From: Pelomyxa schiedti
Taxonomy: Eukaryota > Protista > Evosea
Direction of reading: 5' to 3'
Length of the DNA stretch: 64,000 nt
Assembly (NCBI GenBank): GCA_020536535.1
Contig: JAHLWZ010000676.1
Span: 62,001 to 126,000, forward strand
The number at the start of each line of letters is the position of its first letter. The stretch's first letter is position 1. Both the position numbers and the translations under genes were made by a program. The notes beneath the pieces are model-generated. The model saw only the letters and a program-made list of their open reading frames with translations, had not been told where the DNA came from and searched no databases. Positions 13,416 through 25,105 of the stretch are shown in pieces.

Positions 13416-14594
13416 TCACAACGGAAGGAATAAGTTTTTTACTCAAACCGGTGATTGTGATCACCTCTCTCAGAAACATGCCCGATATCTGGGTAACGGA
13501 AAAGGGGGTAATTATTCTATCTCGAATGTTGCTGTGAACAGCACGACGGTCATTAGCCCAGCCATAATTCGGTGGGAAGAGTTGGATCCATGACAAACTT
13601 GTAAGCACCCGTGGATCACCCCATGTTCACAGTGGTTACATTGGCACTGATGTGTCAACGTGATCGTAGCTCACAAGTAGCTTCGTGCTCTGGAACGCAT
13701 CCACATGCCCTTTCTTCTTGTCTACTGTCAGCAGTCTCAAATGTAAACAAGAACTAGAGCTGGTCTGATTTTGTCACTTGGCAAATGTCACTGAGCACTG
13801 GACCCGGAAGTTGGAGGCCTTGTACCCTGGTCTCAACAATTCCAAGTCCTCCATTGAGTCGCAGGCAACACCACTTGACACCACGCCTGCCGAGTGACTG
13901 GGAAGTAGTCACCACTTGAGGCAGAATCAAGTACCATTCCCACGAGCCTGGTGCTCGCTCAAACTGAGAAAGTTGTTGGAACCTGGCATGAACCAAGTGT
14001 GAATTTGACAACATCAAAGGCCCAGTGGACCTTGTAACTCGAACCTGAGAGTTCTTGCAGCGATGGTTCCAGCCAAGCCAGCATGCCTCCCACAGTGGCA
14101 CCCACAGATGCGGTTCTGTGAAGAAATCCACTGTGGTGTGTCATCAAACACTCTTACACCTCCAATTGTCCTCCAAGTTCCACTCCTATATACTATACAC
14201 AAATTCTTGCCCACATGCTTTCCTGGGCCCAGAATTTCTTCCTGTTTGAGGAACATTTGAGTAAGCAAGGGTAGGAATAACAAAAGCGGACCTCGGTTTT
14301 GCTTTTGACAGAGCCGAAAGTATCAGTGGAACTGATAACCAAGGTGGTAGGTGTCTTGTACCCACCGACATAAACAGATATTGTAGACTGGCCTGGAGTA
14401 TGAGCACCGCTTAGAGTTGAGGTACTAGCACCGCTGGGAGTTTTCGTGCAAGTCTTATCATTGGAAAGAGGTTCAGTGGGCAGTGGACTGCAACTCGTAC
14501 TGGACGAAGTATCGGCAGGGTGTTGAACTTGTTTACTGGAACTTGCCTTGGTGGGGGTACCAGTTTTGGTAGGGGAGGAAGTGGTTTTGGGAGG

Positions 14595-14932
14595 CACTAG
14601 TTTGCGGATGCGGCTGTTTGCACATAAAATTGCCGAGTACATCAACTGCAATTCCACTTGTGGATCCAAATTTGGAAAGTAATGATGCCTGTCCATCAGC
14701 AAATCCAGAAATACTGCCAGCGACCGTTCTGACCTGTAGAGACGTTGAGGATTAATTGGTTTGATTAAAGACACTATTACCATCGTGGGTGATCTTTCTT
14801 ATTCGAAAATTACCAGCGTCAGTCACAAGGCTCCATCAAGAGCAATACTGCTCAGTGAGAAGAAGAGTGTTTTTGAACCCTGGCCATCAGCAAAGCCAGC
14901 CTTACCGTTTCCCCAATTGTGACAACATAACC
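14595..14932 (-). pseudogene. Frameshifted NHL-repeat segment within a poorly resolved minus-strand locus (about 13570-15450)
   Basis: GYVVTIG / GNGKAGFADGQGSKTLFFSLSSIALDG / VTDAGNFRIRKITHDG / VRTVAGSISGFADGQASLLSKFGSTSGIAVDVLGNF / NSRIRKLV; each slash is a frame change that GT-AG splicing does not fix. Confidence 0.65.
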
Positions 14933-15521
14933 TAGTGTACATGTAATCGACACGTTGGCTGATGAACTGGAGGGTGTATAGCAAAGCCAAGAACATGGTG
15001 TTGTCAATGTGAGAGCAGGCCTCCATTTGAACCTTGGGGGTAAATAGCCCTGACTACGTGATTTCAAAAATCAGCCAGCTACCGTGCTCACTACATCGTC
15101 ATATATGACGGATACAAAACCGACCGGGATAACGCCAATCCCTTGTGTTGGTGGCCACACGGTTGTGGGATGCTTGTTGTCCGGCCGGACCACCCCAATG
15201 GGTTCCTGGTGAGCACCTCTTGTGTTCCGACTTCCACACAAACGTTGCACCTTTGTTCATTCATGCACTACCAAGCAGATGGTTGTTTTGGTGGCTGATG
15301 AAGTTAATGAAGCTGTATCCTTCAAGTTGTATGTTGTGAAGGGGGTGATTCCAAGCACTGAGAATCTATTGGGAGTCCTCAGGAGAAGCAAGAGTCCAGA
15401 TTCACTTCGAACATATTCTGAATCCGGATAACAGACTGTTGATGTGATTGGAACAGTTACCTTTCTCAAAGAGACACACAAGTCCGTATCGGAATTTCCA
15501 TAGCGCCTAGTATCGCACAAA

Positions 15522-16607
15522 ATGGACTTCGGTGCGTGCCCTATTTCCAAGACATCGCTGATGGTGGCCGAGTGTCGAGCACAAGAAACCGAGAAAGGAG
15601 ACGGGACCAGGAGATTCAACGACCCTGTGGCAAGGTAGCTCCCCAGTACCCCGATGCAACAGCAATTTAAAAAAAAAAAAAACAAACGAAACAGGTTGTT
15701 GGCAGGGGACCGTGGGCGAGAGCTGTTGTCCCGAGTGCCATCTATTCCAGGTTGGAGTCTGTTTGAGTCCATTGTTCTGAGGACGCTGTTTTTCGACAAG
15801 GCGGTGCTCGATGCAGTCCGGGGACTCGGGAATGGAAGCTCCGGAGCAAGTACCGTTCAGGTTGTACTTTTGGCATCTGGGATGGACACAAAAGCTTACA
15901 GATTGGACTGGCCAACGGGTTTGTTTGGGTTTTCTCTGTTGTGCTCCAAGTATTTTTTATTTTTGTGTTATTTCACTATGTAGAAGCTTACTTTTTTTCC
16001 TTCTCCATGGGTTTTGTTTTTTATTATTATTCAAGGTGTGCATATTTTTGAGGTTGACTTTGAGGATGTGTTGCAGTATAAAACTCAGGTAATTGCCAAG
16101 GCCGGAATTACATCCAGGGCATCAGCTCATGCCTGCATTTCTGCAAATCTACTGTCCGATGATTGGGTCAGCAAACTGATTTCCACTTCATTTTGCCCCA
16201 CTGTTCCCTCAGTTATCGTGATAGAAGGGTTGTCTATGTATCTCACAGAGTCCGATGTAACTTCTGTGATTCAGAAAGTATCGGCTCTTGCAGTCAAAAA
16301 TTCCGTTCTAGTTGGTAAACGTCAACAATAGGCGAAATTTGCAATTAACCAACTCTCAGTTGACTTGTACCAGTCTGCAGAACCAACAACACCCGAGGGC
16401 ATGGAACAGGTGGCCAAAATTCGCGCGTACTTTGAGCAAATGGGTGCGACTATTGGAGGGCTGAAAGGATCACCATCACAGTTCCTCGAATCACATGGTT
16501 GGAATGTGGATTACACTAACCCCTCAAATGTGTGTTCCTTTTCTATCTTTTTCCCATCCTTATTTTTTGTCCAGACAAAAGTTTTCTATAAATGCACCAA
16601 ACTGTGA
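15522..16607 (+). CDS. SAM-dependent methyltransferase, LCM / bacterial TIGR00027-like family
   Basis: SKTSLMVAECRAQE..RFNDPVAR|LLAG, RTLFFD, QVVLLASGMDTKAYRLDWP, FEVDFEDVLQYK, IVIEGLSMYL; about 4 introns. Confidence 0.85.
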
Positions 16608-16658
16608 TGGGAAAAAAAAAGGAAGTTCATTGGTCTTAGTCTTTTCTTTTTACAAGTT

Positions 16659-19281
16659 TTAACTTCGTCCCATCTTGAGAAATCTCATTGTAAAATACGC
16701 AATGATGTAGAACACAACAGCAATGATTCCAATAGCCATTAATGATAACCATTTATTAGAATCCTCCATCCCGACAGCCACTAACACACTGTGACCTTGT
16801 TTCATGGTTGGCATTTTAGGACACGGGGGATTACTTACCATCAGGATACATGCAAGGAAGAGTACAATTGGTTACATTCACACCTAGTGTGGAGCAAGGA
16901 ACTGGATCACACGTAAAGGTTACATTTCCTTCCATTTCATTAACAAGGGTTGCTTCAAATCCCCACTTATAAAAAGACAACCTAAAATACATTGTCAGTC
17001 AGTGGAAATGGTAAATGTAATTCGGGGAGTACCATGTAATCCAATCAAAATAGACAGGGATACTATCCAAATTGATTACAAACCCACTGAATGACCTGGG
17101 AATGTAGATTGGAATAATTTCATGTAAACTGGAATCACACATGAAAAGAAGTATGAAAAGAGTAGCCAGTAATCCACCCAAATCCAGGCGTGGAAGGAAT
17201 GCCCCACAAGCCAGACCAAGGCCTGCTGATACTTCGAGCAGCAGCCAGATGGTAAAAAGGAAAAAACCAAATTTCTGAGGGTCCGAGTTCAGCCCAGCAA
17301 GCCAGTAAGATATAGAAGAAGCTAGCACAGCAAATAATATCTCCAAGGGAACATCACATATGATGTTTGCAATCATCCATGCTGTGGAGCCATAGTACCC
17401 GGCTGCTCCTGAGAACTTGTGAGGCTATCAGAGAAAGGAACAGAAACACATACTCTCCCTGTTAAAAAGGGGTCTATCAGTGGGAATGATTGCTAGAGCA
17501 GCGAGAAGTGGTGTCCAAGTGAAATTCATAACAAAGTAGAATAGGCAACCCTCACGATCCAAAACACTTTGCTGATCATTGCCGAGCTTGCGGTACATTG
17601 CCCCCATGAACAAAGCTAACACGATATACTGTATTAAACTTGATAAAAGCATAATGGGATCCCGCCAATTCCTCTTTATGGAACACGTGAGTTAAAGAGC
17701 CAGTTGTATTTTGACACACCCGCCATTGTCTCTGAGTGAGCATTAGTAGTTGTGTCCATATCGAAGCACTTGGACTACTATGTACATCTCCAAGGGTATA
17801 ACCCTCTGTTTCACCCTCTAAATCTAACTGACATTGCTTCTTGAATTTATCTTGAGCAAGTGATACAATGTCTTTCAATGTTTGACTATCTCGTGGTATA
17901 GTTGCCAGAGTATCCACTAGATACAAGTTGGAGGGAGGATAATTTGGGAAAACAAACGTAGAAAATCGGCGCCATTTTCATTCTTTGGGCACTTGTACCC
18001 AAAAGGTTTAAAATAGCTGAGAGAATCCAGTGCGTTTCCAAAGTACACCATCTTGAGTGAAATTAGAGGAGATATGAGATAGTGTTACAACCTGCCCGTG
18101 ATTGAGCAGAAGTAATTTATCAAACAAGAAAAATGTATTACTTCTTGGCTGATGAATCGTGCAGATAACCTGTATGTACCCAAGTTAAAAGTTGAAGGAA
18201 TCAAGCATCCGGATGCAATACAATTTTTCCCGATCTGGCAAGTTCCTGAAGAATCTTTACAACATGGTATGCGGTACTACTATCAAGGCCTGTTGTTGGC
18301 TCATCCAGGACTATGATATCTATTAACCCCAAAGAACAGAACAAACAAAACGGTGAACTCCGGTGAAAGATAAAAGATTCTGCCCACCTGGATTTGAGAT
18401 TATTTCCGTCCCAATGGCTGTGCGTTTTCTCTCTCCCCCAGATACACCTCTTATGAAGTCACCTCCTATCTTGGTGTTGGCACACTTGGTCAGGCCCAAT
18501 GCCGATTCAACCTCAGCCACCTGGTTAGTTGTTTTGTCTTCAGTGAACCCCACTCACTTTTCACAGTATTAAGATATAGTATCAAGTGGCTCATTTACCC
18601 GTTTCAGTTTTTCCTCAGTGGTAGAACTTGAAGGCAACCTCAGCATAGCCGAGAACGTGAGGCATTCTCTCACAGTGGAAGTCGGTGGCAACAGATCCTG
18701 TTGTTTGACATACACTAAAATATTCATCAGTTTCTCCTACAATTTTTTCATCATGAAAAAGGGGCAGTTCAACCTGCTTTTTTCTTGAACAGGGATGGGG
18801 TAACAGGTTTACCGTTTGACATCACGCACCCTGTTGTGCGAGCCTTTGTGCCCATTCCAAAGTTGAGCCTGCACGCCATCATCTCGAGTAGTGTTGTCTT
18901 CCCGCAGCCCGAGGGTCCCATAATCCCTACCAGCTGGCCCGACTTGGCCTTAATAGATACGCCCTGCAGTATAACCTTTGGGGCGGGCTTTGGCAGCCAG
19001 TAGTCCCTCTTGGTCCAGTCCTTGCCCCGCTCCTTGACCATAACTTCGACGCCAGCGTCCCTGACCTCGACCACACACTTGGGCTTGTTGTTGTTGTCGA
19101 AGACGACGTTCCCGGTGCTGCCACCGAGTGCGCACACGTTTGGTTTTGGGGATACAGCTGAGGACAATGACGAGAGTTCGTTGGCCTGCCTCTCGACGTC
19201 GTTGTCGACCTCGTGCTCGTGGTGATGATGGTGGTGATGGGCGTGTTTGTGGTGATGCGCCCTCTCTGTTTCTGTGCTCAT
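16659..19281 (-). CDS. ABCG (white-like) half-transporter with His-rich N-terminus
   Basis: Walker A GPSGCGKTT, signature VSGGERKR, Walker B/D-loop VLDEPTTGLDS, H-loop TIHQP, TM region with YWLAGLN, C-terminus YFTMRFLKMGRS*. Confidence 0.95.
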
Positions 19282-19554
19282 TTGTTGTTTTCTTTTTGTT
19301 TGGCTTTGTTTTGTTTCGTGACTGTTTGTGTATCTGGAAATTTATAATTGTGAGGGTTTTTGCTTGATGCTTCCGTATAAATGTACAAAAAACGTCCGAA
19401 AGAAACATTCCAGTAAAGTTTCGGTCGTCAATAAGCTGACGTCACGCCCTTGACGTGCTGGGTGAGAATCGTAAACTTACGATCCACTAACATTTATAGT
19501 TTGGGGGAAGAGGGGAAATAAAAAATACAAACAACAAACACATAAGCACACAGC
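19282..19554. promoter_or_regulatory. 273-bp shared bidirectional promoter with CRE palindrome TGACGTCA (19437-19444) and flanking TGACG half-sites
   Basis: Lies between divergent ATGs at 19281 and 19555; cgtca at 19426-19430, TGACGTCA at 19437, TGACGT at 19451. Confidence 0.55.
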
Positions 19555-22079
19555 ATGGACAAAGTATTTGAGGGTATTGATACCCCCAAGTGTGTGACCC
19601 TTCCTTTTCATCACAAAACAAAAAAAAAACTTTTTCTTACGGGTGTCTCCAAAGGGGCGAAATAACCGTTGACGTGCTGCCTGGGCCGACTTCGTTCGAT
19701 GCAGGAAATTCACCATCACCCACACCAAAAGGAGGGGTTCATGTATCAGTGACGGACTTGTCATACTCCGTGAGGGAGGGGTTCAGTTGGCCTCACAAAA
19801 AGGCTAAGATGAAGCAGGTTCTGCACTCGGTTTCTTTTGAGGCAAAGCCCGGCAGGTTGCTGGCAGTTATGGGACCAAGTGGTATGAGCAACTTGTGGGG
19901 CATAAGTATTAAGTAAATATAACTTCTCATGATGGTAATATGAGAGCTCACTTTTTTCCCATTTGTTTGGAAAACAGGCTCTGGGAAGAGTTCATTGCTG
20001 GATGTTGTTTCCTCCCGAATAGACTCGAAGCATTACAAACTGAGAGGTGAAATACTGGTGAATGGCACACGGGAACCACCTGCAAGCCGAAGAAAGATAA
20101 TAGGTTGGAATAATTTACAATCTTATTTGTTCACACCAGTAACCATTGACATTAGCTTACTTAAAGCAAGAGGATGTACTTCAACCCATGTTCAGTGTCT
20201 TTGAGGTACATTTGCTAGAGAGCCCTGCTGGGAGGCTTACAACTTACTAGATCCTATTATTTGCAGCAAGGATAAAACTCCCCACCACCGTCAGTGATGA
20301 AGAAAAAATTGAGAGGGCAAATCAAATCATAAAGGATCTGGGACTGGAGAAAGTGATGAATAGCCCGATTGGATCCCTTCAAGAACGGGGTTTATCTGGA
20401 GGAGAAATGAAACGAGTGGCTCTAGGAATAGAGCTTATAACCGACCCCGATGTCTTGTTCCTAGGTAAAATCATTCCATGTACCCTGTTGTAAACAAAAT
20501 TTACAGATGAACCCACTTCTGGTCTGGATAGTGCCACTGCGTTACAAACAGTCTCTATTCTTAAACGATTGGCATCTAGGGGGAAAACGGTATTATTAAG
20601 TTGTGCCAGCCCATTTTAATTCTTTCCAGATTGTCTGTGCAATACATCAACCTCGGGGCAATATATTTAGCATGTGTGATGACTTACTTCTAATGAATCA
20701 TGGAAAGGTATGCACCCGATTTATTTGCCATATTAAGAGGAAACAGGTCATTTACTTTGGACCTACAGTAGAGTCCATACCATACTTCGCAGCCAAAGGG
20801 TTAAAACCCGGAAGTTTTATAAACCCGGCGGATTTCTTCCGTGAGTGTAGTGTATGTTTTTGTTTGTATCTAAAAATTCCTTGCAGTGGATGTTCTATGT
20901 GATATGGACGAATCAACATCCTCAACTTATAGCCGAGCTATGCCTAAAAAAATCGCTGAGCCGATTGAAGAAGATGCTAGTGGAGTCGAGCCGTCTGCTT
21001 CAGTATCCATCTGGACTCAATTTATTCTTCTATCCAAGAGGCAATTTATTCGCAACTGGCGAGACCCTTATGTTTTTTGGTCTCTTCTTTTCGAGTATAT
21101 TTTCCTGGCAATATTCATTGGTGCTGTCTACTGTAAGCTGGGTGATGATCAGAAGAGTATTCAAGATAGATTCGGTGCTCTCTTTTTCGTTATTGGCTCC
21201 CTTTTGTCAATGCCAATGTATGGAATACTTATACTTATTCCAAGAGATCGAGCTATATTCAATAGAGAAAGTTAGTTACCGAACTGAGTTTCATTTATGA
21301 ATGTCTCATTCGTTCCAGGAGCTAGTGGATTTTATAGTACTCTCCCTTGGCTATCAGCTAATGTGCTCTGTGATCTTCCTATGGAAATTTTCTTCAGCAT
21401 TCTGTTCAGTGCTTTGTTATATTTTTTTGCTGGATTCAATCCGCCTTTCCAGAACTTCGCGATTTTCACATTCCTGAGCTTTTTACTTCTGGAAGCTTCT
21501 GTGGCGATAGGGCTAGCCACCGGTGCTATTTTTCCTGATCTTGCTATTAGTAACCTTGTTGTTACTGCCCTCATTCTTATCCTAATCTCGTTCTGTGGCT
21601 ATGTAGATACAACTGAAACCGTGTCATGAATCTAACTTCCCACGTCAGGTAGAGAACTTGGACTCTATACCACCCTACTTCAAGTGGATAAGTGTGATTT
21701 CCTTCCTAAGATGGATCTTTGTGGGCTACTCCCAGAACGAGTTCAATGGTTTGTAATTCCCCACTCCCTAAGATCTAACTAATATTTTTGCGCCCCCTCA
21801 CAGGTCTGGTATTTTCCTGTGACCTAACACCATGTTCCTCGGTGGGAATTGACTTACCCAATTGCACAATTCCATGTACACTTGGCACAGGCAAATACAC
21901 CCAATCCCTTCCATGTGTGTGGTTAACACATTTACTTAGGTGAAGAAGTACTGGCTTTCATGGGGCTGGACACGAGTCATTGGTGGCGGTGGATGATGGT
22001 CAGCACTGTGGGGGCTTGCATAGTGTTCTTTGTTGGGGCATATTTGGCACTGAGGTTTGTGAAAGCTGGAAAAACTTGA
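19555..22079 (+). CDS. Second ABCG half-transporter
   Basis: Walker A GPSG|SGKSS, AYLKQEDVL, signature LSGGEMKR, LFL|DEPTSGLDS, AIHQP, YFFAGFN, C-terminus YLALRFVKAGKT*. Confidence 0.95.
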
Positions 22080-22459
22080 GCACTTGTAGATAAGATACTC
22101 AACAAAATTTTCTTTTTTTTTGGCTGTACATATTGAGTTCTGTTCGGTTTTTTTGTTGCCAGGCTTTCTAGAAAACAAAATTGGAAGCCCATCCTATAAA
22201 ATCCACCCAGGGGTTGTCGGGTTTCATTAAGTCAAGGCAATTTGTGTGCAAAGTATTCCAGCGGGAGATGAAAGTACTTTCAGCAAGGAGAGCACTTGCT
22301 AGTGACGGAAATATTTCCACTACCACTAATACCCCTCCTGTTGTGTGTTACAAAGAAAGTACTAGTCAATTACCTGGGAGCTCCTGAACAAGTGGTCTGA
22401 CAGCGCCACAATCGACTGTGCAGCTATGCCACACAGAGTAAAACTCTGCAGCATTAGAT

Positions 22460-23406
22460 TTAGAGCGCAAAATGCAAACCCAGATGAACGGCCCTTTTGA
22501 AGAAAATTTGAGTTAGGGGAAGGTGACTAAGGGCAATACGTTTGGCCGGAGTCTGCTCCATCTGTTGTGAGAGCTCCTTTGAAAAGGAAAGAGTGTTTTG
22601 TGGGTGTGCTTTTGCCTCAGATTGATAGGCAACTTGTGGTAATAATGAAAAGTACTCATAGAGCATTTGTCCATCCTCTACTCCAAGCAATAACTTGAAG
22701 TCTCCAGACTGCATATTAGTAAACTCATTGCGTGCCGTAATTAGTTGCTTTGAAACAATTTGGCGTTTTCGTGAATTCCGTGAAAGCAGTGACACAGGGA
22801 GAGAGATAAGATGGAGTTCGGGCAAACCCTGTACAACAAGCACAATCTGTGACCCAATATGTGACCTGGGGGGAAAAAAAAAATACAAATAAACAGTGAA
22901 TTTTCCAAGGTAAGTATAATGCAATAAGTCACAGGACCATGCCTGGTGGAGGCACACACAGGGGTGATATTAAATTCCACTGAATTTGTATCTTCCGGCA
23001 TTGGAGCAGATACCATTTTTACAACATTGCCGTTCTTGGGATCACAAACTCGGCACGTAGCCTCTAACTAGGTCACACACAAAAAACGGGGAATAATAGA
23101 CGAGGGAAAAAAAGTACCTTTCATTGTTCTGAAGTGGCACCATCTTGAGTACTTTTGAACAGCGAATGCCAGGGAGTACCTATCCAGTCCGTGTCGAAGC
23201 CACCATCCCGCATCCGTCACAGTGATTGTGGCCTTCAGTTGCGCAATAAACAAGTGACAACACGGGAGAGAGAGGGAAGGGCACGGAGGTGCACCTTGTA
23301 GTGCTGGTGTTTACACAGAACGTACGAACTGAGGGTGACCTGCATCCACGATCGTATTACCTAAGGCGAATCTCCAAATTGAGATTTCGCTACACTCCAT
23401 CTCCAT
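22460..23406 (-). CDS. Possible CudA-like transcription factor; start and end uncertain
   Basis: Spliced EATCRVCDPKNGNVVK..FNITPVCASTR|SHIGSQIVLVVQGLPELHLISLPVSLLSRNSRKR resembles my recollection of the amoebozoan CudA pattern (CxxC..CTSSRxH..S.PF.L.R); needs an HMM check. Confidence 0.4.
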
Positions 23407-23703
23407 TCCAAGATGCCTTTTCGATGCCTTTGATGAGTCTTATAGATGATGGAGAATTTGACCAAGATTCTTTTCCAGAATCGCCTTCCTCAGCAAGCTG
23501 GGTGGCTCCAAGTGGCTTCGAAGAGCATAGCATTGGGGATGAGCTAATCAAATTGTGGAAAAACTTCTCGATGCCTTTCCGGTCATGGGGGTCCTCTACC
23601 TCAGTGCTTCTCACAGAGCACCGTGGTGATAGAGTTCCTCAAGGACCTGAATGGCCTCCTGATGGTAGGAACAGATCTGAACATTTTTTTGTTTTAAACG
23701 AAA

Positions 23704-25015
23704 ATGGGGGATTCGGTGCTGGACCAGCTCACGGAGGAACTTACGTGCCCTGTTTGTCTCACAAACTACAAGGTTAGTTCCCACAAGTTGATGAATGGGG
23801 TCCTTTTTCTTTTCTCCCTTATTCCACTCAACTCACTGTGAGTGGTGGTGGTTGTGGGTGTTGTTGTTGGTGGTGACCAGGAAGTGCTGTTGGCATGTGG
23901 TCACAGTGTGTGCCTCGAATGTGCCACTACACTGGTGGATCAGGCACTGCAAAAGAACCAGACTATGTCACGCGTTTCATTTCCTTGCCCGTTGTGTAGG
24001 CAGCAGTCGACTGTGTCTCGTACCGAGGGTGTCAAGGGACTCAAGGTCGACTATGCTCTCAAGGGTATTTCTTTTTTTTTTTAAAAAAAAAATGACATAT
24101 TATGTTGCTTTATAGATTAGTAAATAGTAATTTGGTTGTTGCGCGAACCTTACTCTCGTAATTATGCTGGCACTTTTTTCACCACTGAGGTTTGTAGGAG
24201 CTGTTTCGGTACTCACTGGAAAGGGTGTGAAGCGCAGTTCTGTCTCACTTAGTCCACCACCTGGACAACATGGTAATAGTAATGCCAGCAACCTACCCCC
24301 TTATTTGCAACCATCTGGTCCGAATTACACCCCTTCCTATTCCCCACCAAATGTACCAAGCCCCTACTCTCCATACCCTCCCCCAAACGTTTATCCCCCT
24401 CCATCATCACCTACCGGCTATCCACCACCAAACTCCCCCAATAAGTATATGCCACCAAATGCATATCCCCCGAATGCCTACCCTCCAAACGCCTACCCCC
24501 CGAATTCTTACCCTCCCCCCAATGCATACCCCACAGGAGCCTCTCCCTATCCCCCCAACGCATATCCCCCACCCAACACCTATCCTCCAACAACCCCTGG
24601 TCCATATCCCCCGAATGCATACCCACCAAATGCCTACCCTCCACGCCAAACATACCCAGCCACATCCTCGCCCTATCCTCCTGTAATGCCCCCTCAATTC
24701 ACACCATCAAGCACTCAATATCCCACTTCTCCCTATCCACCACAGCAGCAACAACAATGGAGACCACCAAACTCACCCTATCCTCCCCCAAACACGAACA
24801 CCAATAATAGCAACAACATGAATAGCCCCTATCCACCACCCACAAGTGCCTACCCACCTCCAAATATATCTTCTCCCTATCCACCCCAAAACATCCCCAC
24901 AACACCCTATCCACCAAATGCATCATTAACCAACCCTCCTTATTCCCCTCCTCCTTTTGTTCCAGTCCAGTCATTGGAAGCTTCAGCACCAAGTGCTCCA
25001 CCCTCAGATTTTTGA
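23704..25015 (+). CDS. RING-HC (C3HC4) E3 ligase with Pro/Tyr-rich (PPNAY)n tail
   Basis: MGDSVLDQLTEELTCPVCLTNYK|EVLLACGHSVCLEC..FPCPLCR; C-terminal half made of YPP/PPNAY repeats, stop at 25015. Confidence 0.85.
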
Positions 25016-25105
25016 TACTAAAGCACCCACACAACCCACACATACCGCCTTGTAAACGGATTGATTGGAAGATAAATGTCGATCCCAGATAGGACTAAAA
25101 CAGGA

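Noticed and set aside
15257-15799. 180-aa minus-strand ORF overlapping the methyltransferase start
   Set aside because: Begins at a non-ATG codon inside the methyltransferase; only its 3' part could be an exon of the neighbouring decayed locus.
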